Source: Camelus dromedarius
Taxonomy: Eukaryota
Length of the DNA stretch: 64,000 nt
Direction: 5' to 3'
NCBI RefSeq assembly: GCF_036321535.1
Contig: NC_087437.1
Coordinates: forward strand, 114,206,001 to 114,270,000
The notes under the pieces are model-generated. The model ran no database searches, had not been told where the DNA came from, and saw nothing but the letters and a program-made list of their open reading frames with translations. Each line of letters starts with the position of its first letter. Position 1 is the stretch's first letter. Of the stretch, positions 51,430 through 64,000 are shown piece by piece. Made by a program: the position numbers and the translations under genes.

Positions 51430-52392
51430 TGCATCTCCACTTCTCTTATCTTCTCATCCTTTACAATTGTTCCTGGTGGCCTCATCCATTGTTTTATGCC
51501 CTCTTCCCCCTGCTAGTGTTAACTATGAAATCTTTTCCCTGTCTTCCTCCTGACCTGTGAGTTTGTGTCCTCCCGCCTCCGGCCACCCCCACTAGGATGT
51601 CCTACAGGCCACTCAACTAAGCTGACCTCTTCACCACCCACCAGCCTGCTGTCCTCTTTTATTATTTGCCTTGGTGATTATCTGTCAGCTAAGTTGGATA
51701 ACAGAACACTTCTAGCAAAGTTCTTTTTATCACATCTCAGAAATGTCTTCACACTCTCTCTCCTTCCACACCCCAAACATGGCTTTAGTTCAGGCTTTTA
51801 TCATTTCTTAATTGGATTTGGTATAACGGTCTCTTCATTAGCCTGGCCCTTCAGTCTTGCCCCAGAATCTTCCAAACCAGTCTCTACCGATCGCTAGCAG
51901 ATTTTTTTCTTTATACAATTAAATATCTCATCATGTCACTCCCTTACTTAGAAGGCACTGGTCTCCCTCCTTGAACTTATCATAAGGTCAAGACTGTAAC
52001 ATGGGTACCAGGTCCAAATGATCAGTCTCCACTGCCCACTCACAGACCCTCTGCTGTTCCAAGGTGGTTGCCCTCTCCCTCCCAGAACGCCGCTCTCCTC
52101 GGTTCCCCCGTCGGCCGCAGCGCTAACTCTGGGTCTTCCTTTAAAACTCAGAATCTTGAAGTGTCTCCTCCCCTGGATCACATTAACTAGGTCTCGGGGT
52201 CAGGGACGGCACTGCTCCCCTGTGCGTGCCTCCTCGCCACTCTCGCCACACTGCTTCTGCCACTGGCATGTGTGTCTCCATGACCCATCTGTGTGCCCCT
52301 CCAAAGCAGGACTATTCCGATCTCTGCATAACCAGAATTTAGTGCATTTCCTAGCACTGAGTACTCGGTAAGTAGCCAACATCTCCTGACTC
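51430..52392 (+). mobile_element. L2 LINE fragments
   Basis: ggcctcatccatt, ccactaggatgtcctacaggcc, atcatgtcactcccttactta and the 3' end tcctagcactgagta. Confidence 0.6.
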
Positions 52393-53069
52393 AAGAACTT
52401 GTTCACATGCACAGAGATGGTGTGCTGGGACTTAATAGAAAATCAGTAAACCAGCCAATGGTTGTAAAAACCCCACTAAGGGCATAGTGTTTAGTATAAA
52501 TTAAAAAAACATTTAAATTCAAGAGCCATAATTTCAGCTGCTTTAAAGCAAGTCAAAGGAAGTTAGGATTATAAATTACTCCCATGTCCTTGAAAGCTAT
52601 GAGGAACCAATAGCAGATAATCAAATGTTCACTTAAGAGGTGGAACGGTTGTCTTGGCACAGAAAACTGGGTATTCCTGATTGAGGTGACCCAGTGATGG
52701 CAAGCCTTTATCCTGGGGCATAACTCTGACATTGTTCACACTGCGCCACCATGTGACTGGGCAGGTGAGGGGTGGAGGACGAGAAAGGAGGGCAAGACTT
52801 AAGTTGAGGACCACTGCCCCGAGTGGCTGAGAATTAAGGTCCCCTGAGCCCCAGAGCCCAGGGCGGCCACGGACTCTCCTCTTCATATCACAGAATATGT
52901 ATTACCATCCCTCCACAGCCTTGCTGAGCAGAGCACCCCCATCGCCCAAAGATGACCTACTTCCTTTCCTTTAATTAATAAGGTTGAGCTTGTAATTTAC
53001 TGAAAGTGAATATGTTATTATTATAGGTTCCCCAGAGACAGAGACCCACACGACCTGGCTGTTCTCTTT

Positions 53070-53500
53070 TTGTTCATGCCCGTGTCCATTCTCTGCCCTT
53101 CTTCCTGCTCAGGGTCCCAGGTGGCTTGAACGTTTCCGATGAGCTTCCTTACCCTGTGATTTCTGGTTGGGTTCTGACAATGTGAGCCTTGGCAGGAGAT
53201 TCAAGTTGGAGGAGAGAAAGACCGAGACATCTACTTCTTCTACGCCTTCTCTGCCAGCCCTCGGTTTTGCCAGTGGCTGCACTCCTCTGCCGGTAGCCCC
53301 AGCTGGCATCAGGGAGGTGTCTCCCACAGATCTTATCTCCTACCCCTGCTCCTTTAGGCCCAAGGGCACCAACAGATTCCCTCTGATGCTCACCCCTGGG
53401 TGAACCACCTTCTTGGTTCCTTTACCCCTTGACTTCTGAAATAGTCTCTTCAATGAACCCTTGGAGTGTGCCACCCCTTTTCTGCCAGGAGCCTGATGGG
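53070..53500 (+). mobile_element. ERVL LTR (LTR33-like)
   Basis: ccctgtgatttctggttgggttctgacaatgtgagccttggcaggagatt..ggaggagaga...gccagtggctgcactcctct...ttggagtgtgcca. Confidence 0.7.
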
Positions 53501-53644
53501 GAAAAGCTCCCTGGCTCCATCCCTCACCATGAGCCTGACTGTAGTAGCCACAGCGCCTTCAAGGCAGTTGCGCTCGGCACTGTGGTCACTGGGAAGACAG
53601 AGCTCTCTGACGGTCAACCTTGATCCCCAAATCCCTTCCCCCAT

Positions 53645-54068
53645 TGTATTAGTCATATTTCTCCAGAGAAACAGAACTAATAGGATACTTAAGGAATTAT
53701 CTCATGCAATTATAGGGACCAGCAAGTCCAAAATCCATAGGGCAAGCTGGCCGACGGGAGACTCAGCTAAAAGTTCATGTTGCAGTCTTGAGTCTGACGG
53801 ATGGAAACTCAAGCAGAATTTCTACGTTGCAATCTGAAGGCAGAATTGCTTCTGCTTTGGGGAACCCCAGGCTTTGCTCTTAAGGCCTTCAATTGATTGG
53901 ATGAAGCCCATCCCTATTATGGAAGATAATATGCTTTATTAAAATCAACTGACCGTAGACGTTAATCACATCTAAAAAACTACATCCACAGCAACGTCTA
54001 GACTAGCATTTGACCAAACAACTGGTCACCACAGTCTAGCCAGTTGACACATAAAATTAATCATATCA
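53645..54068 (-). mobile_element. ERVL solo LTR (MLT2D-like)
   Basis: tgtattagtc..ttctccagagaaacagaac...aaggccttcaattgattggatga...gttgacacataaaattaa.ca; near-TSD cccat/ctcat. Confidence 0.9.
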
Positions 54069-55795
54069 CTCATCCACCACATGCATCCAGTTTCTTTCGG
54101 ATAAGGAGGTTCTTCTTAACCTCAAAAGGTAATAAGGACTTAGAACGATTTGTATCCACTTGTAGCCTCTGATTTAGGAGGTGAAATAACAAAAGCATCT
54201 TCATGCTACCGGGGGAGACCACCCAAAAAGCCAGCAGGCTCTGCACAAAGCACAATCCTCTTACTATTTTTTTTTTATTGACACTGATTGGCTTGTGCTT
54301 GAAACTGCCCAAGAAATTTAGAAATATGGACAATAGGATTAGAAGGAGTTTGAACTATGACCCAAGAGATCAAACACTGACAACTTGGTATGCTAAACTA
54401 TATTAAAATGTATGACTTTGAAAGAAACAATCAATATTTTCTTCTGTTTGTGAACACCCTGCACTGAATGATAGTGAGAAATAAGCAGCCTGAGAATGGA
54501 AACGTACCCTAAGGATTTCCATGGCTTCGAGTCTTCCAGAAAGGCTGTCTGTAGAAAGGGAAAAGGTGAAGTGCTTCTAGAAAGAACAGCTGAGACATCT
54601 GTTTGTTTATTTTAAAACCAAGGGTGTATTTATAAATTACTTATGCCTTAAAAACCACATGACTGCCACTATGGACCTGACCCAAGACACTCTTTTAAGT
54701 ACAAAATACAGCTGAAAACCCAGCTTCCTCGTAGCCTGGGTGCCATGGAGAGTTCTGTCAGGAGATTGGAGGGCTGGGGAGAAAGTCCAGGGTGTTTATT
54801 CCATCCATGCCACAGAGCCATGATGGCTGGACTCATCTACCTGTAGCCACAACAGGAGCCTCTGTCTCCCACATGCACCTTTCCTCCCCTACCCCTTCAG
54901 GCTTAAGGGAGGAACCAGCCTCCTGCCAAATGCATCACCAACCCTCCTTGCAACTAACAGAATCTAGGAAAAGCAACGTGCCGAGAACGGAAAAATTTAA
55001 GTTCTAGGAGAAATACCAGTCCAGCCAACCCCAGAACTCCTTCAGTCTCCTTCCAACGTGTGCTCTTTTTCTAAAACAAGCTCACCAAGGAACTGGTCAC
55101 TCTAAGTGCTCCTCTCTGAATCTCTACGACATTTCCCATTTCCCTTCACACTTGTTCTTGTCCCTGCCTCTATCATTTTCTCCTCCTCCTCCTCCTCCTT
55201 CTCCCTTTCTCTCCTCCCCTCCTCAGTGGACAGACAGGCTTTCTTAACGGAAAGGGCTGCTTGAACGCAGAGGAACCTCTTCGCCATACGCATCTATTGC
55301 AGTATCCCCAGCTGGGGTGCGCCAGTTACAACAAAAAGAATTCAACTGTCTCTTACTCTCTTAGAGATGTTCCGCCAGGAATCACACACACGAGTCCAAG
55401 GCCCAGATTTTCTCATCCATGCACCACAACAAAGGACTTTTTGTACGAGAAACAAACACAAAGGGGCTGCCAGACCAATTACACAAATCATTTGCTTCAT
55501 GCTGTGATTTCTTAACTAAATACAACTCAAAATTTTCTTCTGGCATATCGACATTTTCTTTCCTCTGTGTAATTTTTGTCTTTGCTGATCAAGACTGCTT
55601 TGCCTGGCTTTGGTTTACACAGTCATTTTTATGGCCCCCCCCCACCAGGCAAAGTGAGGACTGCCTGTCTGTAGAGCTTCCAACCTGCTGTGAGAATGAG
55701 ATGGGAGTTTCCTTGCCTCCTTTTGTGAAGTTGCTACAGCTGCTTAGTAGGTAAGAGCCAACAGAAGCCAGATGTTGTGAAAAGAGGGCAAAATG

Positions 55796-55819
55796 CAAAT
55801 AAATACATAAATAAATACC

Positions 55820-55849
<30 letters not shown>
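55796..55849. repeat. (TAAA)n microsatellite
   Basis: Read directly from the sequence. Confidence 0.9.
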
Positions 55850-55850
<1 letters not shown>

Positions 55851-58124
55851 CCTTCCCCTTCTCTTGATACAGAGAGGCCATCCACCCTATTATCATCAAA
55901 CAATGCCTCTTCTGGAAAACGCAGTCACTGATGGACATTTGCTGCATGTCAGGTCTCTACATGTGACCGGTCGGCGCCAGAGGTCACTATCTTTCCTTCC
56001 CAGGAGGGAACAGAGACTTAATAAGGGATTTCCCCAGCCTTGCACAGCTGATGGGGGTGCTGTGACTCACACTCCTCCCTCAAGTTGTGGAACCCCTCCT
56101 TCACGTCCACCCACCCCAGTGTGAGTTGGGGGGCCCTCCCCCATGCCCCTGATCTGGGCCATCTTGGGTCAAGTCTTACCCACCGTATGAGATGGTTGGT
56201 TTGGTCTCTGTCCGTCCTTCCAGGCTGTGAGCCAGCCGATGTCAGAGAATGTGCCCTTCTCCCGGGGACCCTCAGGGCCCGGCCCTGAGCCTGGCTCACT
56301 GAAGGAGAAGTAAACTGTTACTCCAGGAGCAAGTCACCTCCCACCCTGGGTTGAGTCCGGGCCTCTGTCTAACATTGGATCCATGCCCTTCACTGCCAAT
56401 GGTTGTGCACATCGGTGAATGTGCCTAATTTTGATAATCTGCTTTTAAAAGAATCCTGCCTTTCTTAGCCTAGGAGAGACCAAAGTCCTCTTACTGGGGA
56501 ATCTTCCTTAGGCAGCAGCAGTGCCGGGCAGACCCCAGGGTGGTGAGGACCCCCTTCACTTCCTCTCCTGCTGGTTTGATAACAGGGCTGAGCCAAAGGC
56601 TTCTGAGGGTCCCTCTGTACTCTGCCCCCTGTGACCTGTCTCCATGAAGATTACCTTCTTTTTTAAACCCCTACAGTTTGCTCTTGCTTCAATAATTACA
56701 CACTGGGCAAATCAGCTGCTTGCCAGCCAGTCCTCCCCACTCCACCCCATCCCCGACGCCTTCCCCAGCACCGTTTCCAGGCTGCATGGCTCCAAACACA
56801 ACTCACCCAGGAGCTGCTGCAACACCGGGGAGTCCCTACCGGGTCCCTGGACAAAGGAGCCACGGCAAAGAGCGCACGAGGGAGCAGCGCAAGTCCTCGG
56901 TGCTGGGATCGCTGCGAAGCTCCCTCTCCCTTGTGAACAAAAGCAGAATTGGCCTTTTTTTTTTTTTTACAGTCCCCGGTTGATGATTCTGCACTGGGTG
57001 TTACTTTGCTGCAAACAAGCACAAATCCAGCAGGTCCTCTTAAGCACACACAAGAAATCAGAGTTGAAGAAGCACCTTAAATGACTCTGTTAAGTTCAAA
57101 TACTACTGATTGGTGGGGATCAAAAGGCAAAGAGTCAAACACATGGTCTCTAACCTCCTGAAGTCCAATGTCAAGTACAGATAAGGTTCTGGAGAAGCCA
57201 CTCAGAACCGAATCACAGGACAAGCAAAATGCTCTAAATTCAAGATGTAAATGCTAGGTTTGAGGGTACAATCTGAGAAACGAAACCAGAGAGAGATTTA
57301 AATGAGGTCTTGGAAAGGGAGGAATTACCCAGCTCGCCGGTGACAAGAGGGTATTCCTCACCTGAGCTACAAGGAGAGCCGAAAACAAGAAAGTGGGATT
57401 TGCAGTTCATCCATTACACAGAGGCCACGGTGGAGAGTAACGAGACAGAAATTTCGAGAGATAGGACCAGCCCATGCACGTCTCTGAATACTACACTATG
57501 ACATTTAGAGGACTCACAAAGAATGACATCTATGTGCACACGGCCACCGAACAAAAAGCAGAGACAATGGAATGTCTCATGCATCAGAGGTACTCTGCCT
57601 AAATTATTTTTGATCTATTGGCACATCTTTTATGATCTACTAAAAAATTAAATTTTTCATTCATCTATCGTATTCAACAAGCACAAGTTGCAAGCCCAGA
57701 TTATTAATGATGTCAGATCTTGTATTACTAAAACAAATGCATAAAGGTTCCATTTCTGATGACAAAAAGAGAGTCATTTGTTTCAATCATGGAAGACAAT
57801 CTTATTAAACATTGCCAACTTACTGCCAAGCTGGCTGGTCACCAAAGCACAACTACAGAACAAATGGAATCTAGAGGACTGTCGATCTTCCGACAGTGTC
57901 ACAGCCCCCAAAATAATAAACTTAGGGAGAGATAAATCTGCTATGACTTGGACACTCTTACTTCTTAATTCTGGAGTCTTTCAAGTTCGGCATTTTCATA
58001 ATCCTTTCATGGAACGACTAAGCTGTTTCATAAATGCTAGTGAGGATGGGGAGGAGGGTCTTATCTGCATGTAAACCTTACACATACTCAGATCAACCGA
58101 CTTAATCTTTCAGGAGAGTAATTT

Positions 58125-58560
58125 AGTAATAAAAACCCTTAAAGGAATGCTTACATCCTTTGACCCAATAATTTCACTTCTCAGTCTAAGGAAATAATCT
58201 GGAATGCAGAAATGAATCAAGATTGTCCACTACTCTGTTGTTCTTGATGGTCAAAAACAATGGCGTCAACCGATTTTCTAACAGGAGAGACATGATTTAG
58301 TAAAATACGTTCCAGACATGGGGAAAAAACGCTTATGACATGTTACATTTACTCTGTGCTCCTTCAAGTACAGATACACGGTTCCAAGAAAGTGTGCAAA
58401 TGAGGTTCCCAAAATGGAGACCAAAAGACAACTGCCCCCAAATTTTGACAATGATCCTTTGGATGTTGAGATTTTATGCATCTGTTTTTTTCCTGTTCTT
58501 TACTTTAGAACTTTCCAATTTTTCTCAGTGCTCATGTATTAATTTTAAATGCAAACAGAA
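58125..58560 (+). mobile_element. Ancient L1ME-like 3' fragment
   Basis: catcctttgacccaataatttcacttct..tctaaggaaataatc ... ttttcctgttctttactttagaactttccaa. Confidence 0.55.
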
Positions 58561-59820
58561 CTCTTCAACATTTCTGAACAGGTTCATCCTAGAAGGCCTT
58601 CTAGCTAGGGGGACACGAGGAAGAGCGCAGGGCAAAGAGGGCAGAAAACAAGAAGGGTGGTAGTTCCTATCACAATGGAAAGATAAATGTGTTTGTTTCA
58701 GACTTGCCCAGAGGCACCTGGCGGGACTCCCGGAGAATGAGGCCGGGGTGAGCGCGCTGCCCAGGTCCCAGGACAGGCCCAGCTCCTACCCAGAAGGCCT
58801 TGAGGTAGGAGAGATAAAAGAACAAAAATATCAGTTTGTTTCAGGGAGACCCAAAAAGAAGAGGGTTTTGTGTCTCAGTTCCTATTTGGATAAAAACACT
58901 CCATGGGACGCCCGAGGGCAACATGAGGTGATCCCAGGGGAGCAAAAATAGCAAAGTGAGGTCTGGAGGTTCTAAAGCAGTTCCCACCCCAGGTGTCAAC
59001 AGCCTGACCAGCAAAGCATAGAAAGATCCAGAAGTAACCGTGAGCCGCAGTGGTGCACAGGCCAAGAACTCAAGTGGCCTAGAGTTGTGACAAAGGGGGG
59101 CCAAATGATGACACTGAAGACCAAAGACCCCAACATCAGTGGCAGATGCTGGCACACACCCAAGGCCAGGCAAGCATCACTGTGTTTTTTTAGTTCATCC
59201 CTCTGAGCCTCAGACACACAAAGCTGACTTCATCATACTCCTAGTTAAGGGTACCCTCATTTAGTGACACCCTCTCATCCTTCGTTTGTGATTGGTTGAC
59301 AGTTGACTGACTGATTGATTGCCTTTTATTCCCATTCCCATAGCCATGTCTCTCTCCCACTGTGGGCAGACACCCCATTGTATTTGACTAGTATTTCTGA
59401 GTTTGTATGTACCCTGAGAATTATGTGGTTTCAATTTACATAAACAGTAATGTGCTAAAGATGACATTCTGTTCTTACTTTCTTCACTCGGCACTATGTT
59501 TTGAAAGTCTATTCATTCTGCTGTGTTTATGCCTCGGTTGGCATCTGCATAATATTCCCTGACTTGTTACTCATTCTCCAAGCAACAAACACCTCAGATG
59601 TGTTCATCTCCAGCTCGGACCCTGCTGCCATGGATATTCTTCTGCATGTTCCACTTATGGACCCTTGTGAGGATTTCCCTGATATGTACCACCAGCAGGG
59701 GAATTTCTGGAATATAAGAAACACGCCCACTTCACCTAAGGACTACCCACTGCTTTGAACAGTAGCTTCATAAGCCCCCACTTCTATCAACAACACTTGA
59801 GAGTTACTGTTTCCCCACAG

Positions 59821-59822
<2 letters not shown>

Positions 59823-59866
<44 letters not shown>

Positions 59867-59868
59867 AC
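59823..59868. repeat. (CA)n microsatellite
   Basis: Read directly from the sequence. Confidence 0.97.
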
Positions 59869-60303
59869 TGTAACAGCTGCACTAGTCAGTTCCCTCTTCA
59901 AGGAAGAACTCGCTGCCCGGCTGCAGGGGCTGTGCTCAGTGGTCAGCCTCCAGCTGTCAGCTCCCGCAGCATCTGCCTCCTTGCAGAACACGTGCTCTCT
60001 AACCTCTTGGGCTTGATTATCTGACCAAGGCCACATATAGATAAAAACCTGGCCCCAGGGCTTACCTTCCCAGAGCAGCTCCCAACTGGAGGTGTAAGAG
60101 GCCAGCTATTTCAGCCAGATGCCAGCAACCCTGAAGGGTAATTTCTACTCCAGAGCCCCTGGCTGATTGGCTGAGGCTTTGCCCTGCCTGCATCACATCC
60201 CAGCTTCCACTGCTCAGTCCAGCATCCTCCCCACTCCTGTTGCAGCTTTGATCCCTCAAAACTCTGTCTCAGTGTCTGCTCCTGGGGCACCCAGCCTGCA
60301 ACA
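59869..60303 (+). mobile_element. ERVL solo LTR (LTR16-like) nested in L1
   Basis: TG...CA ends; cctccagctgtcagc, ctccagagcccc..ggctgaggc..ctgcatcaca and the end tgtctcagtgtctgctcctggggcacccagcctgcaaca. Confidence 0.8.
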
Positions 60304-61669
60304 GCACCACTCACCTGCCCAGTTTTGCCAGGCTGCTGCATAGAAAATAGCCTCTCGTTGTTATTTTAACTTTCATTCCTCTGCTTCCTAATGAATTGGA
60401 ATGTTTATTAACATAGTTGTTACTTGTTCAGTTCTCCCCTCCTCTGAAGTTATATATTACATCCATTATTCTTGGCTTCTCTAACTTTTTCATGCTAACA
60501 TCTCAGAATTGCTTGATTATCCCATGTAAGCCTTTCAGTTTTTAGATGTCACAATTATCTTCCTCTCACCTGCCATCTGACTAATAATGATGTCTCTATG
60601 AGATTCTAAAATGAACTGGATTCTTAAGCTTGATGTAATAAAATCTACCACGTTTTTACATTTGGCTGTGACGTTGAGGTCTGGTTTAAGAAGACTTCTA
60701 TCCCTAAGTCACAAAGATATTCTCCAGTATGTTCTTCTATTACTTGTACACTGCTACCTTTTCTGTTTAGGTTTCTAGTTTATCTGGAGCCCCCCTTTGT
60801 ATGGTCTAAGGCTGGGATTCAGTTTTGCCTTCATTCATCTAGAGAGGAAGTTTTCATAGTAGCAGGAGACAGGGAGGAGACGTGGCAAGAAGGGGATAAC
60901 AATCAGCGGCATGACATACTATTTAGAAATATGGGTTTGGCGACCAAACGTAACAGAAAAACAGAAGCAGTTAAAGGTAAAGCATTTGGAGAGGGGGAGG
61001 GGCAGAACGGGCAGTAGGGGCGGGGACGCGCCAGGAAGTACTGCTTCTCATGTAAATCCTTTTGTTCTCTTTTGTTACTTCAGTAACTTTTCATAGTTAC
61101 TATTCAAGTCAATTTTTGAAAAGGCACAATTGTTATCAATCCTTCCCAAGCCGACTCTGATGCCTTGAGTCAGAGACCTCCCCTAGTTCTACTCACACCC
61201 CATCAACTCATCGACACATCTCCATTTTAGAATGAGTTCCCGAACACGTCCATCACCCTAGACACTCTTCATGGCACCAAGGGAATGGGATGGGACGCCC
61301 GCCAACAGGGAGGGTGGGCTGACTGTCCAGGTGGTGGAGGGAGGCAAAGGAACTCACTGTGAGGTGGGGAAGCTGCACGACCTGGCGGGGACGCAGGAGT
61401 GCACAGGGGCTGTGAGTTCCTTTCACGTCCCCAGGGGAACGTGCACTGTTTCTGAAAAGAGAAGGGCATATCCTTAATTTATTCCACAGTCATTTATCCG
61501 CCTAGGATTACCTGATACTCTTTCCTCCCTCAAAACGAGCCCTTCATACTCTCCCGCAAGCCCAAGTCATCTGGAGCCGCCATATTTGGTTGCAAAGATT
61601 CTGTGTGCAAACTCCCTGAAAATGCTCTAGAGTATACACAATAATTCAGTTGTTTCTATATAAGAGACA

Positions 61670-61845
61670 TCACAGTGCTTTGAAAAGGGCACTGGACTGA
61701 GAGTCAAGAGAGCTGAATTTTGACCACTACCTATGTGATATTGACCCAGTCCCCCCCTTTCTGTGAGCTTCAGTTTCCTCTAAGAGAATGGGTTACGAGA
61801 TAGCTTCTAATACCCTTTCTCAATTTTAACAGCTTATGATTCAAA
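61670..61845 (+). mobile_element. MIR/MIR3 SINE
   Basis: gaaaagggcactggactgagagtcaagagagctg...ctgtgagcttcagtttcctc. Confidence 0.7.
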
Positions 61846-63719
61846 TATCTGATTATATTCCTAGAGAATCCCACAGTACCAGAATATCTAAAAAATACAT
61901 TTTGAACCCAGAAAGTGAATTTCACTGAAATTTACTACCGAGTGAAATTCTTTATTTGTGCATTTGAGTTTGCTTTTAAAATAAGTCCTTTAAATGACAT
62001 TAATTGATAAACAGTTGAAATAGTTTCAAAATCTAATAAGTGCACATTATGATCCAGCAAGGTTCAATGTGTTCTACTCAGAATAGAGAAATCCTTAACA
62101 TTTTATTAGATATTCATAATATTGCCAGTTCATTAGAAGCATGTATTATCATACTTCATTCATCTATGGCTCAAAGTTTTGTTATCAACCCAAATATTTG
62201 ACAGTCTTAAAGGTGAGAGCACTTGTGTGGCTAACCTTCCCTCTTGTGTGCACACAAAACTTCTGTAAGAAGTCTTGATCATTTCTTACAGTGCAAGCCA
62301 GGTATAGCTTCTAATCTTTTGTCAGACCCAGCTGGAAAAATCCCACACTTGATGACTCAACTTTCCATCTCTGGTTGAAGAAAGTCAGGAGATCCAATCT
62401 TTTCTTTTTCCAACATTTCAGTTTGTAAAGAAGAAGGACATGGCTTTTTCCACCCTGCAAGGCTCCCAGTTATGGGATGTGGTTGGTGTCACAGGGTACA
62501 TTTGAACAAATGATGGGCCATTTCCATGAATCCACATATTATTGCTTTTCTACCAAGAAAGGAAAATACTGTAACGTTGACCACTTAATATTATAACACT
62601 GACCATATCTAACTAAGCCATCGACCAGTTGCTGGGCATTTCATTGCCACAAACAACCTCAGAATAATAAAACCAAAAGCCAATTCAAATACAACCTCAA
62701 GGAGAATGCTTTCAATTGAAAAGAATGAACATTTTTATCACCGTCATCACATATCACAAGATTTAGTTCTAAAGCCAGAATGACAACACTGGGGAGACAG
62801 AGAGCACACTGCCACTCTGACACGTCCCCAGAACTGCGCTCCACATCGCATCAATCATCTTCAGTCAGCAGTCCCCACGGCTCCTTCTCAGCACCGCCCC
62901 GTCAACCCCAGCGCAGCATTTAATGCTGGCAAGTGCACCTTCCTTCTGACTGCAGCCCCTTCTGGCTTTGGGGTTAACTCTTCCTGACCACTCTTTCATC
63001 TACCCATAACCAAATGCTACTGTTCACCAAGGAGCTTCCACCAACTTCTTCACAGTTTTTTAGGGGGAAGTCCATCACTGGTGTGATGATGACTCTGACA
63101 ACTCTCTACAGAGTTCCAGCACAAAATTTCCAGTTTCCAATTGTATGCTGTCCATCTTGCATTTTAAAATTTAAATACATTTCTTCCCCAACAGATTTCA
63201 CCAAAAAAATAAAAAAATCTGATCCCTTTTCCAAGTTCTCTTGGTTAATGTCACCATATATTATACCCATTCATTTGAATTTGAAATCTCATAACCATCT
63301 TTAACTCTCCTTTTATTCCTGTATCTAATTAGTCACCAGCTCCTGTCAGTTCTATGGTCTAAAAAAAAAGTCAAATCTTGATTATTTGAAGTTGAATTAA
63401 CCATGGTGAAGGCCGAGCAGTGACCTGGGACCCGTTTACCTCCCCAGCCGAGTGAAAGCACTCACTGTTGGCTGACTGATAAACTGGGAAGAATGAACCC
63501 AAAATGCAGAAGAGCTGCCTTTGATGTCAGCAGAGAAGAGAGACCAGAACTCCATTTGGCCTGCCTGTCTCAACCTCCTGCCTCCACCCCAGGTGGCAGT
63601 CTCTCCAAGACCTGATCAACCCCCAGAGTGGACACTCAGTATCCATCAGCTAAACACAAGCATGTCCCAGTTGTCTTCTGTGTCTTAGCCATAGTGGTGC
63701 CACCACTAGAAAATCAAGA

Positions 63720-64000
63720 ATTGATGGTAGTTTTTGATCTAATTATAATTAGGAACTAATATCTTCTTCTTCACCATCAATTTCTCACAGTTAATGGAAT
63801 CTGGACCGTGATTCTAGAGTCATTCCTCTCCTTTATCACTACCATAGCCCCAGTTCAAATCTCCAGCATCTCTCCTCCAGATGATTGCATAGTCCTCCTT
63901 GCTTGCAGTCACTCTTCAATCCAATTCAGCCCCACCTTGAAATCCTTCTAAAATACACCCTACATCATATCACTCCTCTGCGGAAGCTTCAATGGTCAAC
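63720..64000 (+). mobile_element. L2 LINE fragment
   Basis: cactaccatagccccagttcaa..catctctcctccagatgattgcatagtcctcct...catatcactcctctgc. Confidence 0.55.

Larger units (their letters stand above)
59330..60860 (-). mobile_element. Ancient L1 (L1ME-like), interrupted by (CA)n and an LTR
   Basis: ttcttcactcggcactatgttttgaaag, gctgccatggatattcttctgcatgtt and aagtcacaaagatattctcc are antisense L1 motifs. Confidence 0.7.

Noticed and set aside
54217..54225. Perfect GLI site GACCACCCA
   Set aside because: A single 9-mer has a chance expectation of roughly 0.5 in 64 kb on two strands, and there is no clustering.
1..64000. CRISPR arrays, prokaryotic operons, rRNA, NUMT or non-retroviral endogenous viral ORFs
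   Set aside because: I saw no repeat-spacer periodicity and no recognisable homology by eye. A TBLASTN against viral proteins would be needed to exclude very decayed elements.

Overview
Mammalian intergenic or intronic DNA, most likely camelid: a Vic-1-type tRNA-derived SINE lies at 4577-4687, several L1 3' ends are of the artiodactyl type, and I saw no Alu, Bov-tA or PRE-1 elements. I cannot recognise any protein-coding gene. The ORFs in the track are L1/L3 fossils or chance ORFs. Much of the window is explained by transposon fossils (young and old L1, L2, L3/CR1, MIR, MaLR and ERVL LTRs, hAT-Charlie and Tigger MITEs) and microsatellites. Repeat family names come from my recall of consensus sequences, not from a search, and boundaries are approximate. 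The most notable unexplained structure is a ~110-bp unit present twice in inverted orientation (5274-5379 and 6622-6733), with the second copy bracketed by a 14-18 bp direct repeat. Weaker leads are a CpG-retaining 74-codon ORF with an AT-hook core, a homeodomain/PBX/MEIS/octamer motif cluster, a GC-box/CCAAT promoter-like patch and two well-formed orphan exons. I found no convincing evidence of a complete novel multi-gene system.
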